Assembly: GCA_965232515.1 (NCBI GenBank)
Contig: CBDDPY010000002.1
Location: 6,176,001 to 6,240,000 of the forward strand
DNA from: Alphaproteobacteria bacterium
GTDB taxonomy: Bacteria; Pseudomonadota; Alphaproteobacteria; GCA-2731375
DNA length: 64,000 bases
Reading direction: 5' to 3'
Position 1 is the first letter of the stretch; every line of letters starts with the position of its first letter. Below the pieces are notes generated by a model that saw only the letters and a program-made list of their open reading frames with translations, was not told the origin of the DNA and searched no databases. The position numbers and the translations under genes are program-made. This document shows, piece by piece, positions 25,695-36,384 of this stretch.

Positions 25695-27005
25695 TTAACC
25701 CGGCCGGGTGCGCATGTTTTCCGGGAGCCAGGTGGCGAGGTCGGGGAAGGCGATCAGCACGAAGACCATGACCACCATGATCAGGAACATCGGCAGTGCG
25801 GCGATGGCGATGTAGCTCATCTCGTGCCGCGTCATGCCTTGCAGGACGAACAGGTTGAAGCCGATGGGCGGCGTGATCTGCGCCATCTCGACGACGACGA
25901 CGATGAAGATGCCGAACCAGATCACGTCGATGCCGGCCTGGCGGATCATCGGCTCGACCACGGCCATGGTCAGCACCACCGACGAGATGCCGTCCAGGAA
26001 ACAGCCGATGATGATGTAGAACACCATCAACGCCAGGATCAGCACGGTTGGCGACAGGTCGAGCGTGTCGATCCAGCCGGCGAGCGCCCGCGGCAGCCCG
26101 GTGAAGCCCATGGACAGTGACAGAAAGGCCGCGCCGGCCAGGATCAGCGCGATCATCGCCGAGGTCCGGGTCGCGCCCATCAGGCTCTCGGTGAAAGTCG
26201 CCCAGGTCAGCGAGCCCTGGCTGGCGGCCAGGATCAGCGAGCCGATGACGCCGAAGGCCGCGGCCTCGGTGGCGGTGGCGACGCCGAGATACATGGAGCC
26301 GATGACCAGCATGATCAGCAAGATCACCGGGATCAGAAAGCGCGAATTCTTGAGCTTTTCCAGCAACGGGCGTTTCGGCTCGGGCGCGGGCTGCAGGTCG
26401 CGCCGGATCAGCGCCCAGACGGCGACGTAGCCCATGAACATCAGCGCCAGCACCAGGCCCGGCAGCAGGCCGGCGATGAACAGCTTGGAGATCGACTCGT
26501 TGATCGTGACGCCGTAGACAATCAGCGTCAGCGACGGCGGGATCATCAGGCCCAGCGTGGCGGCGCCGGCCAACGTGCCGATCGTCATCTTTTCGGCGTA
26601 GTTCCGCCTGCGCAGCTCGGGAATCGACATCTTGCCGACCGTGGTCAGCGTGGCGGCGGACGAACCGGAAACGGCGGCGAAGATCGTGCAGCCGACGATG
26701 TTGGTGTGCAGGAGGCCGCCCGGCAGCGGCGCCATCCAAGGCGCCAAGCCCTTGAACATGTCTTCCGACAGGCGGGTTCGGAACAGGATCTCGCCCATCC
26801 AGATGAACAGCGGCAGAGCGGTCAGCGACCAGGACGACGACGCTGTCCAGATCGTGGTGATCATGGCGTCGCCGGCCGGCCGCGACGTGAACAGCTCCAT
26901 GCCGACGAAAGCCACGCCCATCAGCGCCAGGCCGACCCAGACACCGGTGCCCAGCAACAGGAACAGGACGAAGAGGAAGATGGCCGTGAGCGCGAGCTGT
27001 TCCAT
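25695..27005 (-). CDS. TRAP transporter large permease (DctM)
   Basis: ALPLFIWMGEI, FAAVSGSSAAT, LGLMIPPS, ATATEAAA, QITPPIGFNLFV. Confidence 0.93.
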   Translation of the reverse strand: MEQLALTAIFLFVLFLLLGTGVWVGLALMGVAFVGMELFTSRPAGDAMITTIWTASSSWSLTALPLFIWMGEILFRTRLSEDMFKGLAPWMAPLPGGLLHTNIVGCTIFAAVSGSSAATLTTVGKMSIPELRRRNYAEKMTIGTLAGAATLGLMIPPSLTLIVYGVTINESISKLFIAGLLPGLVLALMFMGYVAVWALIRRDLQPAPEPKRPLLEKLKNSRFLIPVILLIMLVIGSMYLGVATATEAAAFGVIGSLILAASQGSLTWATFTESLMGATRTSAMIALILAGAAFLSLSMGFTGLPRALAGWIDTLDLSPTVLILALMVFYIIIGCFLDGISSVVLTMAVVEPMIRQAGIDVIWFGIFIVVVVEMAQITPPIGFNLFVLQGMTRHEMSYIAIAALPMFLIMVVMVFVLIAFPDLATWLPENMRTRPG

Positions 27006-27014
27006 GCCGCCGTC

Positions 27015-27551
27015 CTATTCGCCGTGACTCTGTTCGACGGTGTCGGACTCGATGCCGTGGGCGCCGAAGAACAGGATCCGGACGAGGTTGTCGACCAGCG
27101 CCACCGCCAGCAGCACGGTGCCGGCGGCCATGACGAGCTGCGGGATCCAGATCGGCGTAGCGTCCTGGCCCTGGCTGATATCGTTCAGCTTGTACGACCA
27201 GTAGACGGCGCGGATGGCGTAGTAGGCGAAATAGCAGGACAGCGCGCTGGCGACGGCGAAACACCAGATCTCGGCCCAGCGCCGGTAACGGCCGAGCTTG
27301 CTCAACAGCAGGCTGACGCGGATATGCGCGCCACGGCTAAGCGCGTGGGCGAAGGCGAAGAACGAGGCGCCGGCCATGCAGTAGCCGGCATAGTCCGTCG
27401 AGCCCGGAAAGACCTGCCCGGTCCAGCGCGCCGCCATCTGCAGCACGATGATCACTAGGATTGCGATCAGAAAGCCGGCCGCGACCATGCCACCGGCGAA
27501 GTAGAGCCGGTCGAGGATGGCACGCAGGCCGTTGCCGATGGCCTTCACCAT
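27015..27551 (-). CDS. TRAP transporter small permease (DctQ)
   Basis: 4 TM segments, GAHIRVSL, PIWIPQ. Confidence 0.9.
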   Translation of the reverse strand: MVKAIGNGLRAILDRLYFAGGMVAAGFLIAILVIIVLQMAARWTGQVFPGSTDYAGYCMAGASFFAFAHALSRGAHIRVSLLLSKLGRYRRWAEIWCFAVASALSCYFAYYAIRAVYWSYKLNDISQGQDATPIWIPQLVMAAGTVLLAVALVDNLVRILFFGAHGIESDTVEQSHGE

Positions 27552-27589
27552 GACATTGCTACCAACCGTGAACCGCCAGTGGTGTTACC

Positions 27590-27620
27590 GGACGCGGCGG
27601 CCACCACAGCCGTCGCGTCC
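27590..27620 (-). terminator. Stem-loop after the TRAP binding-protein gene
   Basis: GGACGCGGCGGC-N7-GCCGTCGCGTCC, 12-bp stem with one mismatch. Confidence 0.5.
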
Positions 27621-27666
27621 GTCCGCTTCCAGACCAGGTTGGCAAGACCGTTAACGGACCCGTCGC

Positions 27667-28644
27667 CTACATGCTCTTGAAGCTGTCGACGATGGCTTTG
27701 CCGTTGCCGCCAGCCTGGCCAAGCCATTCCTCGGTCATCGTCTCGCCAATCTTCATCAGGTCGGCGCGTAGCGTGTCGCCCGCCTTCACCACCTGCATGC
27801 CGCCCTCGCGCAGACCCTTGAGGGTGAACTGCGTGTAGTCGACGGCGCGCTTCAGGCCGTTCGCGGCGGCTTCGTCTGCGCAGCTGCGCAGCACGCCCTG
27901 GGTCCCGCTGTCGAGGCCTTCCCAGGCGTCCTTGTTGGCGAAGATGTGATTGCGCGGCAGCCAGGCATCGACCTCGTAGAAGTGGGTCAGATGCTCCCAG
28001 ACCTTGCGGTCGTAACCGGTGGCGCCGGAGGAGATGAAGGACTCGGCGACACCTGTGGCGAGCGCCTGCGACAGCTCGGCCGCCTCGATCTGTACGGGCA
28101 GCATGCCGGCGAGCTCGGCCAGGCGCGCCGTCGCGGTGTTGTAGGAGCGGAATTTGATGCCGCGCATGTCGGCGACGCCGTTCACGGGCTTTTTGAAATA
28201 AAGGCCCTGCGGTGGCCAGGGTACCGAATAGAGCAGCACGAGGTTCTGTTCTTCGAGCAGCTTCTCGATGGTCGGGCGCGCCGCCTTCCAGAGCCTTTCG
28301 GAATCTTCGAACGAGGTTGCCAGGAACGGGATCGAGTCGACGCCGAAGATGGCGTTCTCGTTCTGATGCGCCGACAGCAGCCGCTCGCCGATCGGCGTCT
28401 GGCCGGTCTGCACGGCGCGCTTGATCTCGTTGCCCTTGAACAGCGAGCCGGACGGGTGGGTGACGATCTCCAGCTTGCCGCCGCTGCCGGCGGTAACGCA
28501 TTTCGCGAACGCCGCGCCGTTCTCCGAGTGGTAGTTCGTCGCGGCATAGGCCATGGGCATGTCCCATTTCTCCGCCGCGGTCGCGCTGGTGGCCAACAGG
28601 CCGACCGTCGCCAAGACGCTAAGGCTTGTCTTGATGAAGTTCAT
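27667..28644 (-). CDS. TRAP substrate-binding protein (DctP)
   Basis: Signal peptide; HPSGSL, WPPQGLY, DMRGIKFR, ELSQALATG. Confidence 0.92.
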   Translation of the reverse strand: MNFIKTSLSVLATVGLLATSATAAEKWDMPMAYAATNYHSENGAAFAKCVTAGSGGKLEIVTHPSGSLFKGNEIKRAVQTGQTPIGERLLSAHQNENAIFGVDSIPFLATSFEDSERLWKAARPTIEKLLEEQNLVLLYSVPWPPQGLYFKKPVNGVADMRGIKFRSYNTATARLAELAGMLPVQIEAAELSQALATGVAESFISSGATGYDRKVWEHLTHFYEVDAWLPRNHIFANKDAWEGLDSGTQGVLRSCADEAAANGLKRAVDYTQFTLKGLREGGMQVVKAGDTLRADLMKIGETMTEEWLGQAGGNGKAIVDSFKSM

Positions 28645-28710
28645 TCGGCTTCTCCATGACGACCCCCAGAATCAGAGGCAATTTAGTAGCATGTGATGTT
28701 GAGAATGTGC

Positions 28711-29973
28711 TTACGAAAATCGCGCCGGCCGATAGGGCGCGAGGTCGATGTTGGGTCGGCGGCCGGCGATCAGGTCGGCGAGCAGACGCCCTGTCTTGGG
28801 TCCACCCGTAAGACCGATATGGTGGTGGCCGAAACCGAGATAGGCGCCGGCGGCGCCGGGCGCCTCGCCGATGATCGGGATCGAATCGGCAGGCGCCGGG
28901 CGGTGACCCATCCATTCCCGCGTCTCGCGCCAGGTCAGGCCGGGCATCGCCTGGCGCGCCCGTTTCGTGAGCAGTTCGAAGGGCTTACGGCTGGGCGGCG
29001 CGTCCAGACCGCCAAATTCGACGATGCCGGCGAGCCGCAGGCGGCCGTCCATCGGCGTGGCGACGAACTTGCCGGCGGCGACCATCACCGGCGCGCGCGG
29101 CATCAGGCTGGGTTCGATCAGCTCGAGATGATAGCCGCGCTCGCTTTCCAGTGGCACGCGCAGGCCCAACTTGGCCGCGAGCGGGCCGGACCAGACGCCG
29201 GTCGCGATGATGGCGGCGTCGCAGGGAATCGGTCCCTGGTCGGTGGCGATGCCCGTGACGCGGCCATTTTCGCGAATCACGTCCGCGACGTCGGCCTTGA
29301 CGACACGTCCGCCCGAGGCCGCGACATGCGTGGCCAGGTCTTTGACATATTGGCCGGGGTCGGTAATGTGGCCGTGGTTCGGCACGCGTACGGCGAAATC
29401 GAACCCGTCGCCGAAGGCCGGATCGTAATTGCGGAACGCCGGCTTCTCCAGTTCTTCCCACTCGAACCCGTGGGCCCGACGCAGGTTCCAACCGAAGGCA
29501 TCGGCCTCGAAACCGGCCCGGTCGCCATAAACGAAGACATAGTCCGAGGCCGAGATCCATTTCTCGGCGCCGGTGCCGTCGGCGAGCGCCCGGTGCTGAT
29601 CCAGGCTGTCGCCGACAATGGGTTCGAGCGCCGCGGCGATGCGCCGGGTCTCTTCCGGACGGCAATGGCGCAGGTATTTGATCAACCACGGCAGCAGTTT
29701 CGGCAGATAGGACCAGCGCAGGAACAGCGGGCTCTCGGGATCGGCCAGCATGCCCGGCGCCTTGCCAATGAGGCCCGGCACCGTGACCGGCACGATCGAA
29801 CACGACGCCAACACGCCGCCGTTGCCGTAGGAGGTGCCTTCGCCTGGGGCGAGCCGATCGACGAGCGTGATCTGATATCCGGCACGCTGCAGCCAGACCG
29901 CTGCCGAGACGCCGACGATGCCGGCGCCGACAACGGCGACATGGCGTTCGGTCGTGTCCTGGTTCATCGGCAT
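28711..29973 (-). CDS. FAD-dependent D-amino-acid dehydrogenase-like oxidoreductase
   Basis: VVGAGIVG, TSYGNGG, ERGYH, WMGHRP, FGHHHIGLT. Confidence 0.88.
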   Translation of the reverse strand: MPMNQDTTERHVAVVGAGIVGVSAAVWLQRAGYQITLVDRLAPGEGTSYGNGGVLASCSIVPVTVPGLIGKAPGMLADPESPLFLRWSYLPKLLPWLIKYLRHCRPEETRRIAAALEPIVGDSLDQHRALADGTGAEKWISASDYVFVYGDRAGFEADAFGWNLRRAHGFEWEELEKPAFRNYDPAFGDGFDFAVRVPNHGHITDPGQYVKDLATHVAASGGRVVKADVADVIRENGRVTGIATDQGPIPCDAAIIATGVWSGPLAAKLGLRVPLESERGYHLELIEPSLMPRAPVMVAAGKFVATPMDGRLRLAGIVEFGGLDAPPSRKPFELLTKRARQAMPGLTWRETREWMGHRPAPADSIPIIGEAPGAAGAYLGFGHHHIGLTGGPKTGRLLADLIAGRRPNIDLAPYRPARFS

Positions 29974-30084
29974 TCTGTTTTGTGGGGTATCTGTGGCCGG
30001 TTGTTGCCGTTGGCGCGACGCGACTAAGCTAGGCGGCGTGCGGATCGCCGGTCAAACATATTGCCGGCACAAGGGAGAAGAGCG

Positions 30085-30819
30085 ATGACCAAGGTCAGCG
30101 GCGGCAAGGCCGTCTACGGCGCCGCGGTCGGTATCCTGATGCTGGAGGCGCGGTTTCCGCGCATTCCCGGGGATATGGGCAATGCGCTGACCTGGCCGTT
30201 TCCCGTGCATTACCGGGTCGTGCGCGACGCCTCGCCGGACCGGGTTGTGCGGCGGCGCGCCGAGGGCCTTCTCGACGCTTTCGTCGCGGCCGGCCGAGAC
30301 CTGGTCGCCGACGGCGCCGACGGCATCACCACCAATTGCGGGTTCCTGTCGCTTTACCAAGCCGAACTTTCGGAAGCGCTCGACGTGCCGGTGGCGACGT
30401 CGTCGCTGATGCAGGCGCCGCTGATCCAGGCGACGCTGCCGCCCGGCCGGCGTGTTGGCGTTCTGACGATCTCGCCATCGTCCCTGAGCCCCGAGCACTT
30501 GGACGCGGCAGGCGTCGATCCCGCAACGCCCGTTGGCGGCACCGACGAATCAGGCGCTTTCTGCCGAGCGATCCTTGGCAACGAGATGTTGCTGGATGTG
30601 GCGGCGGCGCGACGCGACAACGTCGAAGCGGCGGTCCGGCTTGTGGCCGATCATCCTGATCTCGGCGCGCTTCTGTTGGAGTGCACGAACATGATCCCTT
30701 ATGCCGCCGATGTCCGCGCTGCCACCGGCCTGCCGGTCTATTCGATCTACAACTTCGTGACCTGGTTCCACTCGGCGCTGAGCCCGCGCCGATTTCCGCC
30801 GCCGGTCACAGCGGCCTAG
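30085..30819 (+). CDS. Asp/Glu racemase-family protein
   Basis: [18 protein letters not shown] and LECTNM (two-Cys motif). ATG at 30085 with a GGAG SD. Confidence 0.82.
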   Translation: MTKVSGGKAVYGAAVGILMLEARFPRIPGDMGNALTWPFPVHYRVVRDASPDRVVRRRAEGLLDAFVAAGRDLVADGADGITTNCGFLSLYQAELSEALDVPVATSSLMQAPLIQATLPPGRRVGVLTISPSSLSPEHLDAAGVDPATPVGGTDESGAFCRAILGNEMLLDVAAARRDNVEAAVRLVADHPDLGALLLECTNMIPYAADVRAATGLPVYSIYNFVTWFHSALSPRRFPPPVTAA

Positions 30820-31664
30820 GGCCATTTCGCCATCGGCGGCATCGACATCAGGATGGCCTCGGTATTGCCGCCAGTGCGCAGGCCGAACTGGGTGCCGCGG
30901 TCGTGCAGCAGGTTGAACTCGACATAGCGGCCGCGGCGGACGAGCTGGTGCTCGCGCTCGGCTTCGGTCCAGGTTTCGTTGAAGTGCTGGCGGACGATGC
31001 GCGGATAAACCTCCAAGAAGGCCCGGCCGACGTCCTGGGTGAAGGCGAAATCCGCCGTCCAGTCGTTGTCGAGATAGTCGTAGAAGATCCCGCCGACGCC
31101 GCGCGGCTCGCCCCGGTGCGGCAGGTAGAAGTATTCGTCGCACCATTTCTTGAAACGCTCGTAGTAGTCGGCGCCGTGCTTGTCGCAGGCCGAACGAAGG
31201 GCGTCGTGAAAGGCCGCCGTGTCGTCCTCATCCGGCGTCATCGGCGTCAGGTCGGCGCCGCCGCCGAACCAGGATTTGGTGGTGACGATATGGCGGGTGT
31301 TCATATGGACCGCCGGCACCAGGGGCGAGCACATATGCGCGACCAGGCTGATGCCGCTGGCCCAGAAACGCGGGTCGGTCTCGGCGCCGGGGATGCGTTG
31401 CCGGAACTCCTCGGAGAACTCGCCCCAGACGGTCGAGACGTTAACGCCGACCTTCTCGAAGACCCGCCCGCGCATGACCGACATGACGCCGCCGCCGCCG
31501 TCGGGCCGATCCCACGCGGTACGCTCGAAGCGCCCGGCCGGCCGATCCTTGAGCGGCCCGGCATAGTCGTCCTCGATGGCTTCGAAGGCGGCGCAGATAC
31601 CGTCGCGCAGCCGCTCGAACCAGGCTCTCGCCGTCGCCTTGCCGTCTTCCATGGCCTCATTCAT
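30816..31664 (-). CDS. hemF: Oxygen-dependent coproporphyrinogen III oxidase
   Basis: [58 protein letters not shown]. Confidence 0.96.
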   Translation of the reverse strand: MNEAMEDGKATARAWFERLRDGICAAFEAIEDDYAGPLKDRPAGRFERTAWDRPDGGGGVMSVMRGRVFEKVGVNVSTVWGEFSEEFRQRIPGAETDPRFWASGISLVAHMCSPLVPAVHMNTRHIVTTKSWFGGGADLTPMTPDEDDTAAFHDALRSACDKHGADYYERFKKWCDEYFYLPHRGEPRGVGGIFYDYLDNDWTADFAFTQDVGRAFLEVYPRIVRQHFNETWTEAEREHQLVRRGRYVEFNLLHDRGTQFGLRTGGNTEAILMSMPPMAKWP

Positions 31665-31668
31665 GCGT

Positions 31669-32124
31669 TCACACCAGGTTTTCGAAACCGCCGGTTTGCC
31701 GCAGTGCCTCGCCCAACACCAAGCCAGCGGCCAACGCGACGTTGAGAGAGCGGGCGCCATCGCGCATCGGCACCCGCACCGCCAGATCGGCCGCCGCGTG
31801 AACGGTGTCCGGCACGCCGGCCGACTCGCGGCCAACCAGCAGGACGTCGTCGGCCGCGTAGGCGGCTTCCGTGTAGGCGATACGGCCGGCCGTGGTCAAC
31901 AGCACCAGCCGTCCACCGCGCGCCAGCCGGAACGAATCCCAGGAAGCGTGCCTCCGAACATCGACGAGCGGCGCATAGTCCATCGCCGACCGCTTGAGCT
32001 GGCGATCGGTGAAGGTGAATCCGCAGGGTTCGATGACGTCGAGCCCAACGCCGAGGCAGGCGGCGAGCCGGATCATGGCGCCGGCGTTCTGGGGGATATC
32101 CGGTTGGTAAAGCGCCAGTCGCAA
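31669..32124 (-). CDS. trmL: tRNA (cytidine34-2'-O)-methyltransferase
   Basis: [34 protein letters not shown] start at 32124. Confidence 0.92.
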   Translation of the reverse strand: MRLALYQPDIPQNAGAMIRLAACLGVGLDVIEPCGFTFTDRQLKRSAMDYAPLVDVRRHASWDSFRLARGGRLVLLTTAGRIAYTEAAYAADDVLLVGRESAGVPDTVHAAADLAVRVPMRDGARSLNVALAAGLVLGEALRQTGGFENLV

Positions 32125-32156
32125 TGTCCGCCGTCCTTTTCCCGCACGCCCGCGGT

Positions 32157-32171
32157 GCGTCACGCTGTCGC
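32157..32171 (+). promoter_or_regulatory. RegA/PrrA/RegR-like box upstream of petA
   Basis: GCGTC-N5-GTCGC against consensus GCGGC-N5-GTCGC. High GC raises the chance of a spurious match. Confidence 0.45.
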
Positions 32172-32263
32172 ATCGCCCGCCGGCTGGACAAAGCCACATC
32201 ATCGTGACAAAAGACAGCGGTTAAGCGCCAGGGAAGTTTTCGTAAACAAGAGGTTAATACGGC

Positions 32264-32782
32264 ATGGCGGACACGACCCATGGGGGACAGACGCGGCGGG
32301 ATTTTCTCTACATCGCCGCCGGGGGGATGGGAGCGGTAGGCGTCGGTGCGATGGTCTGGCCGTTCATCAGCCAGATGAACCCCTCGAAGGATGTTCTCGC
32401 ACTGTCGTCCATTGAGGTCGACCTTTCGACGATCGAGCTCGGCCAGTCGGTCAAGGTGTTCTGGCGCGGCAAGCCCGTGTTCATCCGCCATCGCACGGAG
32501 GCTGAAATCTCCGAGGCGGAGGGCGTATCCATGGACGATCTGCCCGATCCGCAATCCGATTCGGACCGTGTGCAGCGGCCGGAATGGCTGATTCTGGTCG
32601 GTGTCTGCACGCATCTCGGCTGCATCCCGATCGGCGAACAGGGCGACTACGACGGCTGGTTCTGCCCGTGCCACGGCTCGCACTACGATATCTCGGGCCG
32701 CATCCGCCGCGGTCCGGCGCCGCTGAACCTGGAAGTGCCGGAATACGTGTTCCTGGACGACAACCGCGTGCGGATCGGCTAG
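32264..32782 (+). CDS. petA: Cytochrome bc1 Rieske iron-sulfur subunit
   Basis: TRRDFL Tat anchor, CTHLGC, CPCHGS. Confidence 0.97.
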   Translation: MADTTHGGQTRRDFLYIAAGGMGAVGVGAMVWPFISQMNPSKDVLALSSIEVDLSTIELGQSVKVFWRGKPVFIRHRTEAEISEAEGVSMDDLPDPQSDSDRVQRPEWLILVGVCTHLGCIPIGEQGDYDGWFCPCHGSHYDISGRIRRGPAPLNLEVPEYVFLDDNRVRIG

Positions 32783-32794
32783 GGGGACGGCGAG

Positions 32795-34057
32795 ATGAGC
32801 GAATTTCAGACGAACAGCCGGATCATCAAGTGGATCGAGTACCGGCTGCCGATCTTCAGCTACGTCAACGAGCATCTGGTCGACTATCCGGCGCCGAAGA
32901 ACCTGAACTATGCCTATAACTTCGGCTCGCTGGCCGGCGTCATGCTGGTCGTGCAGATCGTCACCGGCATCGTGCTGGCGATGCACTATACGCCGCATGT
33001 CGATTACGCCTTCGACAGTGTCGAGCACATCATGCGCGACGTGAATTACGGCTGGCTGATGCGTTACATGCACGCCAACGGCGCGTCCATGTTCTTCATC
33101 GTCGTCTATATCCACATCTTCCGCGGCCTCTATTACGGCTCCTACAAGAGCCCGCGCGAGGTGCTCTGGTTCCTCGGCATCATCATCCTGCTGCTGATGA
33201 TGGCGACGGCGTTCATGGGCTATGTGCTGCCCTGGGGTCAGATGAGCTTCTGGGGCGCGACCGTGATCACCAACCTGTTCTCGGCCATACCGCTGGTCGG
33301 CGACGGGATCGTCACCTGGCTCTGGGGCGGCTTCGCGGTCGACAACCCGACGCTGAACCGGTTCTACAGCCTGCACTATCTGCTGCCGTTCGTGCTGGTC
33401 GGCATCGTCTTCCTGCACCTCTGGGCGCTGCATCACCGCAAGTCGAACAATCCGCTCGGCATCGACATCAAGGGGCCGCAGGACACCATTCCGTTCCATC
33501 CCTATTACACGGTGAAGGATGCGCTCGGCATGGCCGTCTTCGGCGTGTTCTTCGCGGTGTTCCTGTTCTTCATGCCGAACGCGCTCGGCGAGCCGGACAA
33601 CTACATCAAGGCCGACCCGCTGGTGACGCCGGCGCACATCGTGCCGGAATGGTACTTCCTGCCGTTCTACGCGATCCTGCGCGCGATCCCGGACAAGTTG
33701 GGCGGCGTGGTCGCCATGTTCGCGGCGATCTTCGTGCTGTTCGTGCTGCCCTGGCTCGACACCAGCCGGGTCCGCTCGGCGACCTTCCGGCCGATCTACA
33801 AGCAGATGTTCTGGCTGTTCGTCATCGTCTGCCTAGTGTTGGGTTGGTGCGGCGCCAAGCCGGCCGAAGGCATCTACCTCACCGTCAGCCGGGTCGCGAC
33901 GTTCCTCTACTTCGCCTTCTTCGGCCTGCTGCCGTTCATCGGCTGGTTCGAGCGGCCGCGTCCGCTGCCTGAGAGTATCAATGCCGCCGTCCTGAAGGGC
34001 GGTGGCGGCGCCGCCATGCCGGAAGGCGCGGCGGCGAAAGCGGAGGAGCGCGGCTGA
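32795..34057 (+). CDS. petB: Cytochrome b
   Basis: [29 protein letters not shown]. Confidence 0.98.
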   Translation: MSEFQTNSRIIKWIEYRLPIFSYVNEHLVDYPAPKNLNYAYNFGSLAGVMLVVQIVTGIVLAMHYTPHVDYAFDSVEHIMRDVNYGWLMRYMHANGASMFFIVVYIHIFRGLYYGSYKSPREVLWFLGIIILLLMMATAFMGYVLPWGQMSFWGATVITNLFSAIPLVGDGIVTWLWGGFAVDNPTLNRFYSLHYLLPFVLVGIVFLHLWALHHRKSNNPLGIDIKGPQDTIPFHPYYTVKDALGMAVFGVFFAVFLFFMPNALGEPDNYIKADPLVTPAHIVPEWYFLPFYAILRAIPDKLGGVVAMFAAIFVLFVLPWLDTSRVRSATFRPIYKQMFWLFVIVCLVLGWCGAKPAEGIYLTVSRVATFLYFAFFGLLPFIGWFERPRPLPESINAAVLKGGGGAAMPEGAAAKAEERG

Positions 34058-34836
34058 TGCGTGGGATCGGAAAACTTGTTGTCGCGCTTACCGTCGGTCT
34101 GGGCCTCGGCAGCGTCGTCGCGGTCACGCAAGCGCAGGCCGCGGGCGAGGCGCGGGCGCCGCTGACCCGCGATTGGTCGCACGCCGGCCCGTTCGGGACT
34201 TTCGACCGGGCCTCGATCCAGCGTGGCATGATGGTCTATCGCGAAGTCTGTGCCGCCTGCCATGGCCTGGAATACGTCGCCTTCCGCAATCTGGTCGAGA
34301 TCGGCTTGTCCGAGGACGAGGCCAAGGTCATTGCCGCCGAGTACGAGATTACGGACGGGCCGGACGAGGTGGGCGACATGTTCGAACGGCCGGGCAAGCT
34401 GTCGGACTACTACCCCAGCCCGTTTCCGAATGCGAACGCGGCGCGCGCGGCGAACGGCGGTGCTCTGCCACCCGATCTGTCCCTGGTCGTGAAGGCGCGC
34501 AAGGGCGGCGAAAACTATCTCTATTCGCTGCTTGTCGGCTACGAGGATCCGCCGGCCGATGTCGAACTCGGCGACACGCAGCACTACAATCCCTACTTCG
34601 CTGGCGGTGCGATCAGCATGGCGCCGCCGCTGGCCGAGGATATCGTCGAATATCCCGACGGCACCTCGGCCACCGTCGAGCAGATGGCCTACGACGTCAC
34701 TAACTTTCTGACCTGGACGGCCGAGCCGCGGCTCGAGGACCGCAAGCAGCTTGGCGTCAAGGTGATCATCTTCCTGGTGCTGTTCTCGATCCTGATGTAT
34801 GCGGTGAAGCGCAAGGTCTGGGCCGACCTGCACTGA
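34057..34836 (+). CDS. petC: Cytochrome c1
   Basis: CAACH, ANGGALPPDLS, MAPPL, C-terminal TM anchor. Confidence 0.97.
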   Translation: MRGIGKLVVALTVGLGLGSVVAVTQAQAAGEARAPLTRDWSHAGPFGTFDRASIQRGMMVYREVCAACHGLEYVAFRNLVEIGLSEDEAKVIAAEYEITDGPDEVGDMFERPGKLSDYYPSPFPNANAARAANGGALPPDLSLVVKARKGGENYLYSLLVGYEDPPADVELGDTQHYNPYFAGGAISMAPPLAEDIVEYPDGTSATVEQMAYDVTNFLTWTAEPRLEDRKQLGVKVIIFLVLFSILMYAVKRKVWADLH

Positions 34837-34860
34837 TCGCGCCGCCCACGGCACGAAAAC

Positions 34861-34887
34861 AAGGGCCGCCTTCGGGCGGCCCTTTTT
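34861..34887 (+). terminator. Rho-independent terminator of petABC
   Basis: AAGGGCCGCC-TTCG-GGCGGCCCTT followed by TTT. Confidence 0.9.
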
Positions 34888-34954
34888 CGCGGTTGATCGG
34901 GTCTGCGATCCTTGAAAGACTGCGCCGAAATCAAGGGAGCTTCTGGGAACGTTC

Positions 34955-35842
34955 ATGACGGATATTCATCCGAAGCCGGTGCTGGGCGTGATCGGCGGCA
35001 GCGGTGTCTACGAGATCGACGGCCTGGCCGACGTGGCCTGGCGACGTATCGAGTCGCCCTGGGGCGAGCCCTCGGACGAGCTGCTGTTCGGCAGCCTCGA
35101 CGGCGTGCAGATGGTCTTCCTGCCCCGACATGGGCGCGGCCACCGGCATTCGCCGTCGAGCATCAACTACCGCGCCAATATCGACGCCATGAAGCGGGCC
35201 GGCGTGACCGACATCATCTCGGTCAGCGCCTGCGGCTCGTTCCGCGATGAGCTGGTTCCGGGCATGTTCGTGATTGTCGACCAGTTCATCGACCGGACCT
35301 TCGCGCGCGAAAAGAGCTTCTTCGGCGACGGCATGGTCGCGCATGTCTCGATGGCCCATCCGGTCAGCCGGCGGCTGGGCGACTGGTGTGCCGCGGCCTG
35401 CGAGGCCGAGGGCATCCCCTTCCACCGTGGCGGCACATATCTGGCCATGGAAGGCCCGCAATTCTCCAGCCTGGCGGAATCGAATCTCTACCGGTCCTGG
35501 GGCTGCGATGTCATCGGCATGACCAACATGCCGGAGGCGAAGCTCGCCCGCGAGGCCGAGATCAGCTATGCCACGGTCGCGATGGTCACCGACTACGACT
35601 GCTGGCACCCGGACCACGACCATGTCGAGGTCGAGGCCATCATCGGCGTGCTGATGGGCAACGCCGACAAGGCGCGGACGCTGGTCAAACGGATCGCGCC
35701 GAACATGAAGCAGCGGCCGGCGCTATGTCCGCAGGGCTGCGACCGGGCGCTGGAGAATGCGCTGATCACCGCGCCCGACGCACGCGATCCGGCGCTGCTG
35801 GCGAAACTCGACGCGGTCGCGGGCCGTGTCTTGAATGGCTGA
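34955..35842 (+). CDS. mtnP: S-methyl-5'-thioadenosine phosphorylase
   Basis: GVIGGSG, PRHGRGH, INYRANI, EGPQFS, GMTNMPEAKLAREA, TDYDCW. Confidence 0.94.
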   Translation: MTDIHPKPVLGVIGGSGVYEIDGLADVAWRRIESPWGEPSDELLFGSLDGVQMVFLPRHGRGHRHSPSSINYRANIDAMKRAGVTDIISVSACGSFRDELVPGMFVIVDQFIDRTFAREKSFFGDGMVAHVSMAHPVSRRLGDWCAAACEAEGIPFHRGGTYLAMEGPQFSSLAESNLYRSWGCDVIGMTNMPEAKLAREAEISYATVAMVTDYDCWHPDHDHVEVEAIIGVLMGNADKARTLVKRIAPNMKQRPALCPQGCDRALENALITAPDARDPALLAKLDAVAGRVLNG

Positions 35843-35848
35843 CCCGAC

Positions 35849-36376
35849 ATGGATCTGAAAAGCCTGGTTCGGACAATCCCGGACTACCCCAAGCCCGGCA
35901 TCATGTTCCGGGACATCACCACCCTGTTGCGCCATCCCGGCGGCTTCCGCCGTGCCGTCGACGAACTGGTGCAGCCCTTCGCCGGCAGCGGCATCACCAA
36001 GGTCGCCGGCATCGAGGCGCGCGGCTTCATCCTGGGCGGCGCGGTGGCGCACCAGCTTTCGGTCGGCTTCGTGCCGATCCGCAAGAAAGGCAAGCTACCC
36101 TGGCAGACCATCGGCGTTGAATACGAGCTGGAATACGGCACCGACGAGGTCGAGATCCATATCGACAGCCTGGACAAGGGCGACCGCATTTTGATCGTCG
36201 ACGATCTGATCGCGACCGGCGGCACGGCGATGGCCTCGATCGAGCTGATCCGCGAGGGCGGCGGCGAGGTGGTCGGCTGCAGCTTCGTCATCGATCTGCC
36301 CGACATCGGCGGCCGCAAGCGCCTGGAAGACATGAACGTGCCGGTGCGGACACTGATGGAATTCGAGGGCGACTGA
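35849..36376 (+). CDS. apt: Adenine phosphoribosyltransferase
   Basis: [42 protein letters not shown]. Confidence 0.97.
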   Translation: MDLKSLVRTIPDYPKPGIMFRDITTLLRHPGGFRRAVDELVQPFAGSGITKVAGIEARGFILGGAVAHQLSVGFVPIRKKGKLPWQTIGVEYELEYGTDEVEIHIDSLDKGDRILIVDDLIATGGTAMASIELIREGGGEVVGCSFVIDLPDIGGRKRLEDMNVPVRTLMEFEGD

Positions 36377-36384
36377 GGGGCGAT

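Noticed and set aside
24802-27264. 820-aa ORF suggesting a large methyltransferase fusion
   Set aside because: The first 554 codons are an Arg-rich off-frame reading over dctQ/dctM. The real methyltransferase starts at ATG 25602.
31661-33637. 658-aa minus-strand ORF
   Set aside because: Antisense shadow of petA/petB, typical of high-GC codon bias; no motifs.
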